Below, in pieces: positions 1 to 7,158 of a stretch of DNA of 10,456 bases. Each line of letters begins with the position of its first letter. The first letter of the stretch is position 1. A program made the position numbers and the translations under genes. Source of the DNA: Octopus sinensis (Eukaryota). The stretch is taken from positions 1 to 10,456 of the forward strand of contig NW_021827419.1 of NCBI RefSeq assembly GCF_006345805.1, given 5' to 3'. The notes beneath the pieces are model-generated. The model was not told where the DNA came from. It worked only from the letters and a program-made list of their open reading frames with translations, and did no database searches.

Positions 1-17
1 TCCATATGATTAAGTAT

Positions 18-132
18 TATGTTATATATGTATATATGTATGTGTGTTTATATATATTATATATATTATATATATATATATATATTATATATATTATATT
101 ATATATATATTATATATATATATACAATATAT

Positions 133-163
<31 letters not shown>

Positions 164-201
164 TAATTAGATAGATAGATCGATATAATAGATAGATAGA
201 T

Positions 202-238
<37 letters not shown>
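18..238. repeat. Compound microsatellite: imperfect (TA)n followed by (TAGA)n
   Basis: TA-rich run ~18-143, then TAGA array ~144-238, read directly. Confidence 0.95.
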
Positions 239-259
239 GATATTTATAGATAATATATA

Positions 260-340
260 ATAATAGTGTACGAACAATTAGTATTTATACTGTCAAAGGT
301 CACCTCTTTAGTGTATAAATACTTGTTTGTACACTATTAT
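260..340. repeat. 81-bp fold-back inverted repeat (MITE-like or hairpin)
   Basis: Left arm 260-290 ATAATAGTGTACgAACAAttaGTATTTATAC. Reverse complement of the right arm 313-340 is ATAATAGTGTACaAACAAGTATTTATAC. They differ by one G:T wobble and one 3-nt bulge. Confidence 0.8.
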
Positions 341-428
341 ATATAAAAATATGTTGTCTATTGACTTTATTACGCATGCTAGCCACCGGTATGAAAATTT
401 TTCTAAATTTTGGAACCCTTATTTTATA

Positions 429-532
429 TAGATAGATAGATACATACATACATACATACATACATACATACATACATACATACATACATACATACATACA
501 TACATGCATATAGATATATATATTTCACATAT

Positions 533-570
<38 letters not shown>
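429..570. repeat. Compound microsatellite (TAGA)n-(TACA)n-(TA)n
   Basis: Short TAGA run, long TACA array ~441-504, then (TA)n up to 570. Confidence 0.95.
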
Positions 571-573
<3 letters not shown>

Positions 574-578
574 ACCAG

Positions 579-780
579 ACAATGTATAAATAACGGTCAT
601 TACATATTTTTCCTTTATTGGCGTAAATTTGGCTTACAGTTGTTTCCAGTGGTCATTATAGGTACGTTACTGTCTGTTTATTCAACTGGTCAATTGATCA
701 GTTGAGAAAAATTGAACAACCTGAAAAATTAATTTTGCTTTTGTCAGAGCCATTTCTGGTTATAAAAACACAACATTTGG
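579..780 (-). mobile_element. Penelope-like pseudo-LTR fragment, copy A (inverted partner of copy B)
   Basis: Minus 765->694 matches plus 1091-1162 at 60/72 ungapped. Minus 669->625 matches 1189-1200+1602-1634 (SINE and one TSD removed) at 38/45. Contains a hammerhead-like motif. The PLE assignment is inferred from the HHR type; no PLE ORF is seen. Confidence 0.6.
630..752 (-). ncRNA. Hammerhead ribozyme-like motif A (degenerate, type I, long stem II insertion)
   Basis: Minus strand: TGGCT (752-748) - CTGACaA (747-741; G8 mutated) - 94 nt - GAAA (646-643) - ACAaCTGT - GTA cleavage triplet (637-635) - AGCCA (634-630). Stem I TGGCT/AGCCA is a perfect 5 bp. Confidence 0.6.
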
Positions 781-1103
781 AGAATATTTAACCTAAAAAA
801 ACAATGCAAATATAGTCATGTGTGTTGACCTGATTACAAGCACTAATGTCTTACGACTGTCCTTTTCTCAAATTTCGGCCATCTTATCCCACTTCTTCCA
901 TCGAGTGACCCTTCCCTCTATTCTTTATATTCCTTCCTCTCTTCTTTCCTTCCTTCTTTTCACCTTTATACTTCCCGTCCAAATCGTAACTTGCCTCCCC
1001 CTTTCCTCTTTATCACTACTCCATTTACCTCTTTCCTTCTCTTTTCCTCCCTCCCCGGCGCATGTACCATTTCTTCAGTGTTCTACGTTGTTATAACTAA
1101 AAA

Positions 1104-1628
1104 TGGGTCTGACGAAAGTACCATTAATTTTTTAGGTCACTCAATTTTTCTTAACTGATCAAATAAACCAAACGAGTAAACCTATCAATAACGTACCTAT
1201 TTTTTTTTTTTTTTGAAGCACTCCGTCGGTTACGACGACGAGCGTTCCGGTTGATCCGATCAACGGAACAGCCTGCTCGTGAAATTAACGTGTAAGTGGC
1301 TGAGCACTCCACAGACACGTGTACCCTTAACGTAGTTCTCGGGATATCAGCGTGACACAGAGAGTGACAAGGCGGCCCTTTGAAATACAGGTACAACAGA
1401 AACAGGAAGTAAGAGTGAGAGAAAGTTGTGGTGAAAGAGTACAGCAGGGATCACCACCATCCCTGCCGGAGCCTCATGGTGCTTTAGGTGTTTTCGCTCA
1501 ATAAACACTCACAACGCCCGGTCTGGGAATCGAAACCGCGATCCTACGACCGCGAGTCCGCTGCCCTAACCACTGGGCCATTGCGCCTCCAACGTACCTA
1601 TAACGACTGCTGGAAACAGCCGTGAGCC
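1104..1628 (+). ncRNA. Hammerhead ribozyme-like motif B (degenerate, SINE inserted in loop II)
   Basis: CTGACGA core at 1109-1115. GAAA at 1613-1616, then ACAGCcGT, GTg (mutated triplet) and AGCC (1625-1628). Spacing is 96 nt after removing the SINE and one TSD, versus 94 nt in copy A. Confidence 0.5.
1201..1590 (-). mobile_element. Full-length tRNA-derived SINE, family A head with tail type 1 and poly(A)
   Basis: Minus strand begins GGAGGCGCAATGGCCCAGTGGTTAGGGCAGCGGACTCGCGGTCGTAGGATCGCGGTTTCGATTCCC (A-box and B-box-like). A14 tail at 1201-1214. Perfect 11-bp TSD AACGTACCTAT at 1190-1200 and 1591-1601. The empty site is visible in copy A. Confidence 0.92.
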
Positions 1629-2005
1629 TAATTTAAGGACAAATATGTAACGACCAGTATTTATACCTTGTATAATATATCACACTGTGTAAAAACCAGT
1701 TTGATTGGAGCGCAACCACGGATTTATGATATCGAATGGTGATGACCCATAACCTTGGACCGTGCCATTAGAATACTTGGAGTTCTTTACTAATCTACAC
1801 TATTGTAAGCCTGGTGTGTCAACAGAGAGCTTATGGAGTATTTTCCCCGGATTAATAATCCCTCACTAAAAGCTCTGTTTTAAGTTTTCAGACTAATATA
1901 ACGAATAATAGACACCATTACTACTTAGCTGTTTATGCAGATTAAGTGACCGAAAGGGAACGACAGAGAGAGACAGAAAGACTGACAGATTGACAGAGTA
2001 AGATG

Positions 2006-2064
<59 letters not shown>

Positions 2065-2126
2065 GATAGATAGATAGATAATAGACAGACAGACACAGAT
2101 GATAGATAGTAGATAGATAGATATAT

Positions 2127-2157
<31 letters not shown>

Positions 2158-2197
2158 GAGATAGATAGATAGATAGATAGTAGATAGATAGATAGAT
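2006..2197. repeat. (TAGA)n microsatellite
   Basis: Imperfect GATA-type tetranucleotide array, read directly. Confidence 0.95.
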
Positions 2198-2499
2198 GTG
2201 GAGGGACATGGCCTAGTAGTTAGAGCAGCGGACTCGCGGCCGAGGGATCGCGGGTTAGAATCTCAGACCGGACGATGTGTGTGTTCTGAGTGAAACACCT
2301 AAGCTCCACGCGGCTCCGGCAGAACGTAATGGGGAAACTTCTGCTGATTCTTTCGCCACAAATTTCTCTCGCTCTTTCCTCCTGCATCTTGCAGCTCACC
2401 TGCGATGGAACGGCGTCCTATTCAGGTGGGGAACCTATACGCTAAGAAACAGGGAAGCCGGCCCTTATGGGCCAGGCATGGCTCGAGAAGTAACAAACA
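2198..2499 (+). mobile_element. tRNA-derived SINE, family A head with tail type 2
   Basis: GTGGAGGGACATGGCCTAGTAGTTAGAGCAGCGGACTCG... head with a decayed B box (GGTTAGAATCT). Colinear with the 5182-5488 copy through GGCATGGCTCGAGAAG(T/G)AACAAACA. Embedded in (TAGA)n. Confidence 0.9.
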
Positions 2500-2505
2500 T
2501 AGATA

Positions 2506-2579
<74 letters not shown>

Positions 2580-2645
2580 GGATAGATAGACACATGCATG
2601 CATATATACGTAAATACACACATACATATGTACGTACATAAATAA

Positions 2646-2734
<89 letters not shown>

Positions 2735-2789
2735 CACTTGCATGCATACATACGTAAATACACACATACATATGTACGTACATAAATAA

Positions 2790-2886
<97 letters not shown>

Positions 2887-2897
2887 GATAGATAGAG
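2500..2897. repeat. Compound (TAGA)n/(CAGA)n array containing a 144-bp-period tandem duplication
   Basis: The spacer AGACACWTGCATGCATAYATACGTAAATACACACATACATATGTACGTACATAAATAAAC starts at 2588 and again at 2732, with 2 differences. Confidence 0.93.
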
Positions 2898-3239
2898 AGT
2901 AAGCGAGGTTGACAGATATGTTAATAAGATCATAGAATAGGGAAGTAAATTAAATGATAGTCGCAAATTTTTATTGATACATCACTTTAATAGCATGACT
3001 GATTCACATATCAGTAAATTCAATTAATTTAAGTTAAATTAATTAACAAGCAGCTGAACAGCTGCATACTTCAAGCCTTGTTGCTAAATAAATTGAGAAA
3101 GTTCAATCGCAAACGCTCACGGGTTGGAAAACCAATCATCATATGACTCGTATGTATGTTTGTTTTCTCGACGATATCTTGGCAAATCCAGAGTTCTGAC
3201 ATTGTCCGAATAAAATGTGCTTCGGTAATTCTCCTGTAA

Positions 3240-3379
3240 TTCTTCTGTGTATCTTTCTGTCGAAGAGCGTAGGCTCGAAACGTAAAATACTTTTTCTATT
3301 CCTGACCGCTATACTAATATATTTGTTTGTTTGTACTCCACCTGCCTTCGTCTTTTGTTTATTTTCTTAAACTTTCCTT
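3240..3379 (+). mobile_element. Penelope-like pseudo-LTR 3' fragment ending in (TA)n
   Basis: Contains a compact hammerhead motif and a T-rich tail running into (TA)n at 3380. Resembles an octopus repeat recalled from memory. The 5' boundary is uncertain. Confidence 0.55.
3249..3290 (+). ncRNA. Minimal hammerhead ribozyme-like motif C with variant core CUGUCGA
   Basis: GTA(tc)TTT stem I - CTGTCGA (3257-3263; A6->T) - A - GAGC/GTAG/GCTC stem II (3265-3276) - GAAA (3277-3280) - palindromic ACGT (3280-3283) - GTA triplet ending 3284 - AAATAC (3285-3290). Confidence 0.65.

Positions 3380-3434
<55 letters not shown>
3380..3434. repeat. (TA)n microsatellite
   Basis: Read directly. Confidence 0.95.
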
Positions 3435-3437
<3 letters not shown>

Positions 3438-3778
3438 GAATATGCATACATAGATGCATATGTGCGTGTGTGTATATGTGGGAAGAGAGAGGAGAGAAAG
3501 GGAATTTGGTTTTATAAACTTCAAAGAATAGATCCACGGTATATAAGAGCTCAATTAATGATAGATTGTTAAACTCCGACCTGTCAGTAAATCTAAGTGT
3601 TACCAACTTGCATATATATACATTTTCGGCAAAAACTATGCAATTTGACTTGGTTTAATGAAAGTTTATTATGAATTACACAATTATATAATTAGACATT
3701 TGGTTGTGCTTACTTTAATGATGCAGCTGCTGAATTGAATTAAAGTATGAAGTATATATGAAATTCATGCTTCTCTGA

Positions 3779-3780
3779 TA

Positions 3781-3818
<38 letters not shown>
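3779..3818. repeat. (TA)n microsatellite
   Basis: Read directly. Confidence 0.95.
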
Positions 3819-3820
<2 letters not shown>

Positions 3821-3994
3821 AATAAGAAAATGGAGGAAGAGATTCCTTTCAATCATCAACTTACAGATAATACCAATTCATATAATTTATTAACTAATTA
3901 AATAGGAACATTCAAATCCAACAGAATAAAACAGAATAAAACAATATACATCAATAAGTAAGATAATACCATAAAAATATTACATATAAAATGG

Positions 3995-4120
3995 ATCTTA
4001 CAGCTGTTTCAGCCTGTAGATAAAGGTATCTCATTGTGCCTATATTAGTCAAATGTATTGAGGTCATATGCAGTTAAAAATGAGTTATTTATATATATAT
4101 CTCAAGGCCTCGTCAGAGAT
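3995..4120 (-). ncRNA. Hammerhead ribozyme-like motif D with fully canonical core and long stem II insertion
   Basis: Minus strand: ATCT (4120-4117) - CTGACGA (4116-4110) - GGCCTtgAGATA ... TATCTacAGGCT stem II (4109-4098 / 4022-4011) - GAAA (4010-4007) - palindrome ACAGCTGT (4007-4000) - GTA (4001-3999) - AGAT (3998-3995). Confidence 0.75.
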
Positions 4121-4375
4121 TATAAAGTACAATTATGAAAATATAAAATGCAAAAATAAATATGAAACAAAATACACATACACAAGAATATATACAAGAA
4201 TATATAAATATATACATATATATATAAGTGTATATACATCCCATAGTGGGTTACACTCATAACCCCTATCTCACTTTATATATATATATTATATATATCA
4301 GGGGCCTTCTGTGTCTGTCCTGCGTGTACGTTTTTGTAGTATTTAATGCAGTTTTCATTTATTGAGTAACTGAAC

Positions 4376-4537
4376 GTATATGTATATGAACGTATATATA
4401 TATATGTATATAATATATATATATATCTATACATAATATAATATAATATACATATACATACATATATATATATAATACACACACACACACCACCACCCCA
4501 CACATATATATATATTATATATATATATATATATATA
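4376..4537. repeat. Imperfect (TA)n/(CA)n microsatellite
   Basis: Read directly. Confidence 0.9.
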
Positions 4538-4613
4538 TTGGTGTAAACAGGAAAAAAAACAGAACTCAAAATGTGAGTGTATGTATATTTTTATTAATAT
4601 TTAGCAGAAGTAA

Positions 4614-4782
4614 GGCGACGGGCTGGCAGAATCGTTAGCCCGCCAGACGAGCGCGGCATTTCGTCCGTCTCTATGGTCTGAGTTCAAAATCCGCCCATGT
4701 CCACTTTGCTTTCATCCATTCGGGGTCGATGCAATCGATTTACACCAGCCCTGAAATTGCTGGCCTTGTGCCAAAATTTTTA
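4614..4782 (+). mobile_element. tRNA-derived SINE family C, short internally deleted copy
   Basis: AAGGCGACGGGCTGGCAGAATCGTTAGC head, B-box-like GAGTTCAAAATCC, central TTTCATCCATTCGGGGTCGAT box, tail GCTGGCCTTGTGCCAAAATT. Flanking direct repeats ATTAATATTTAGcagAAGTAA (4593-4613) and ATTAATATTTAGAAGTAA (4783-4800). Confidence 0.85.
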
Positions 4783-4899
4783 ATTAATATTTAGAAGTAA
4801 CAGAGTCCAAGGTAAGAAGAATGCTGCAAATAATTGTATAAGTAAATATGGATGTGTAAATCTCCGTTCTCTTGATTTTTATTAATTTCATTATATATA

Positions 4900-5610
4900 C
4901 AGGGGTTGGACAAAATAATAGAAACACCTAGCATCATAGCATCATAATTTTGATATATCTATAAAACCGTCAAAAGCTTGTTTATTTTTTATGTTTTTTT
5001 TTTATTTATTATTAGTGTTGCTTAATATGCTTTGCTAAAATTGCTGTTTCTTTTCAAATATCATCAGCAAAAGGTAAGGAAAATTCATTAAAATGACAGA
5101 TCTATCGGACTTTCAAGGTCAAATTGTCGGTGCTCGTATGGCAAACGCTAGCGTAACGAAAACAGCCGAAATGTTTGGTGTGTGTAGAGGCACATGGCCT
5201 AGTGGTTAGAGCAGCGGACTCGTAGTCGAGGGATCGCGGGTTCGAATCTCAAACCGGGCGATGTGTGTGTTTATGAGCGAAAGGCCTAAGCTCCACGCGG
5301 CTCCGGCAGAACGTAATGGCGAACTTCTGCTGACTCTTTCGCCACGACTTTCTCTTACTCTTTCCTCCTGCATCTTGCAGCTCACCTGCGACGGGCCGGG
5401 GTCCTGTCCAGGTGGGGAACCTATACGCCAAGGAAACCGGGAAACCGGCCCTTATGAGCCAGGCATGGCTCGAGAAGGAACAAACAACAAATGTTTGGTG
5501 TATCAAGAAGTACTGTCTCGAAAGTAATGACAGCCTTTGAGAAAGAGGGAAAAACCTCCTCGTCGAAACAAAACTCCAGAAGAAAACCAAAGCTTTTAGA
5601 TAGGGACCAT
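4900..5610 (+). mobile_element. 3'-truncated Tc1/mariner transposon (left TIR plus N-terminal transposase), interrupted by a SINE
   Basis: TA then CAGGGGTTGGACAAAATAATAGAAACACC at 4900, a Tc1-type TIR. No matching right TIR found in the window. Transposase remnant follows. Confidence 0.88.
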
Positions 5611-5643
5611 GACCTCGCAATAACTTCATATACATTTGTATAA
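5093..5643 (+). pseudogene. Tc1 transposase N-terminal (paired-like HTH) fragment
   Basis: Removing the SINE and one TSD gives the open frame MTDLSDFQGQIVGARMANASVTKTAEMFGVSRSTVSKVMTAFEKEGKTSSSKQNSRRKPKLLDRDH, then unrelated codons to TAA at 5641-5643. It matches the Tc1 pattern LSDFxRGQIVGAR...GVSRxTVS...GRKxKL with one codon deleted. No DDE domain is present. Confidence 0.88.
5182..5488 (+). mobile_element. Full-length tRNA-derived SINE, family A head with tail type 2
   Basis: A box TGGCCTAGTGG (5195-5205), B box GGTTCGAATCT (5239-5249), (AAC)-type tail. Perfect 13-bp TSD AAATGTTTGGTGT at 5169-5181 and 5489-5501. Confidence 0.95.
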
Positions 5644-6031
5644 ATCTTATACGTGGGTGTATACTTGTGTGTACATGCCAAGTTAAATTAAACTTCTTTT
5701 CTACTGGATCAGAACTGAACTGTGAACGATGATAATTTCAATAATGTATTTGCACGAAATATCTATGCGAACCTCTTTCAATTATCATTTTTTCACTCTT
5801 TTTTTAATTCTAATCAAAAACATAACGCGCATAATATGTCCTTAATTAGATCGTACCTAAGGAACACACCTTTCTCACAAAAAGTCTTATGAGAATAAAT
5901 ATTGTAGCTGAAGCGTAATTAAATCAAATATTATGCAATATGTTATTTAATTAGCGAGAGTACAGCTTTACCGTATGATGTTTCTCCCTTACAAAGAAAC
6001 TAGACACCCAATATGAAATGGTATATACATA

Positions 6032-6455
6032 GGCGCAGGAGTGGCTGTGTGGTAAGTAGCTTGCTAACCAACCACATGGTTCCGGGTTCATTCCCACTGG
6101 CGGTGGCATCTTGGGCAAGTGTCTTCTGCTATAGCCCCGGGCCCCGACCAATGCCCTTGTGAGTGGATTTGGTAGACGGACACTGAAAGAAGCCTGTCGT
6201 ATATATGTATATATATATAGTGTGTGTGTGTGGGGTATATGTTTGTGCGTCTGTGTTTGTCCCCCTAGCATTGCTTGACAACCGATGCTGGTGTGTTTTT
6301 TTACGTCCCCGTCACTTAGCGTTTCGGCAAAAAGAGACCGATAGAATAGTACTGGGCTTACAAAGAATAAGTCCCGGGATCGATTTGCTCGACTAAAGGC
6401 GGTGCTCCAGCATGGCCGCAGTCAAATGACTGAAACAAGTAAAAGAGTAAAAGAG
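6032..6455 (+). mobile_element. Full-length tRNA-derived SINE family B (CORE-like centre, internal TA/TG microsatellite, (AAAGAGT)n tail)
   Basis: A box TGGCTGTGTGG (6042-6052) and B box GGTTCATTCCC (6085-6095). CTTGGGCAAGTG resembles the start of the MIR/CORE domain. Possible 7-bp TSD TATACAT at 6024-6030 and 6456-6462. Likely an octopus OR-type SINE (from memory). Confidence 0.9.
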
Positions 6456-6464
6456 TATACATTG

Positions 6465-6675
6465 AAGACGGCGAGCTGGCAGAAATGTCAGCACGCCGGG
6501 CGAAATGCGTAGCCGCATTTCGTCTGCCGTTACGTTCTGAGTTCAAATTCCACTGAAGTCGACTTTTCCTTTCATCCTTTCAGGGTCGATAAATTAAGTA
6601 CCAGTTACGCACTGGGGGTCGATATAATCGACTTAATCCGTTTGTCCTCTCTGTGTTTAGCCCCTTGTGGGCAAT
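6465..6675 (+). mobile_element. tRNA-derived SINE family C
   Basis: AAGACGGCGAGCTGGCAGAA head, B-box-like GAGTTCAAATTCC, box TTTCATCCTTTCAGGGTCGATAAATTAAGTACC, tail TTTGTCCTCTCTGTGTTTAGCCCCTTGTGGGCAAT. Homologous to the 4614-4782 copy. Confidence 0.88.
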
Positions 6676-6693
6676 ATTTTTTTTTAATAAAAT

Positions 6694-6980
6694 AGACCGA
6701 TAGAATAAGTACTAGGCTTACAAAGAATAATGTTTGTGCATGTGAGTGTGTATGTTGTGTGTCTGTGTTTGTCCCCCCCCCCCCCGCAGCATCGCTTGAC
6801 AACCGATGCTGGTGTGTTTACGTCTCCGTAACTTAGCAGTTCGGCAAAAAGAGACCGACAGAATAAATACTAGGCTTACAAAGAATAAGTCCTGGGGCGG
6901 ATTTGCTCGACTAAGGTCGGTGCTCCAGCATGGCCACAGTCACATGACTGAAACAAGTAAAAGAGTAAAGAGTAAAAGAG
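6694..6980 (+). mobile_element. 5'-truncated SINE family B (3' half), preceded by a duplicated 37-bp internal piece
   Basis: 6731-6980 is colinear with ~6240-6455. 6694-6730 matches 6852-6888 at 35/37. Confidence 0.88.
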
Positions 6981-6984
6981 TATC

Positions 6985-7143
6985 ATAGGCACAAAAGCAG
7001 AAACTTGACGAAGACTATATTTAACCGCTTCCGGAAGGATGAATGGCAAAGTCGATATCAGCGGAATTTGAACTCAGAACGTAAAGACGGGTGAAATGCT
7101 ATTAGTTATTTTGCCTAGCGTGCAAAGGATTGTGGCAGTTTAC
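6985..7143 (-). mobile_element. Decayed SINE family C
   Basis: Plus strand GGAAGGATGAATGGCAAAGTCGATATCAGCGGAATTTGAACTCAGAACGTAAAGACGG is the reverse complement of the family C head and centre. Confidence 0.8.
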
Positions 7144-7158
7144 CAATAATTGCTTGCC

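Larger units (their letters stand above)
1075..1671 (+). mobile_element. Penelope-like pseudo-LTR fragment, copy B, interrupted by the SINE at 1201-1590
   Basis: Homologous to copy A in the opposite orientation once the SINE and one TSD are removed. Preceded by a polypyrimidine stretch ~880-1050. Confidence 0.6.

Noticed and set aside
690-800. Possible GIY-YIG/Penelope ORF end next to the hammerheads (also 4230-4275 minus)
   Set aside because: No convincing motif. The 690-780 segment is better explained as the inverted repeat copy A.
1680-1965. Moderate-GC unique-looking stretch as a possible host exon (EYLEFFTNLHYCKPGVSTESLWSIFPGLIIPH*)
   Set aside because: No recognisable homology or clear splice-site pair. 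It cannot be supported without RNA-seq or a BLASTX search.
300-2966. ORFs such as 300-509, 1893-2096, 1925-2209, 2422-2763, 2442-2966 and 2465-2767
   Set aside because: They are translations of (TACA)n/(TAGA)n/(CAGA)n arrays (YVCM, LSIY, SVCL repeats), which are stop-free in some frames by construction.
2990-3770. Patchy inverted similarity between ~2990-3070 and ~3715-3770 (AGCATGA, AATTCAATT, CAGCTGCAT)
   Set aside because: Only short words match, the spacing is inconsistent and there is no extension in AT-rich sequence.
5182-5260. tRNA gene calls for the SINE heads (also ~1515-1590, 2198-2275 and 6032-6100)
   Set aside because: A and B boxes are present, but there is no complete acceptor stem and each continues into a repeat body with tail and TSD, so they are SINEs.
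5611-6020. Continuation of the Tc1 element or another DNA element
   Set aside because: Transposase similarity stops at ~5610 and there is no right TIR. It may be an unrelated repeat fragment, but I cannot support boundaries or class.
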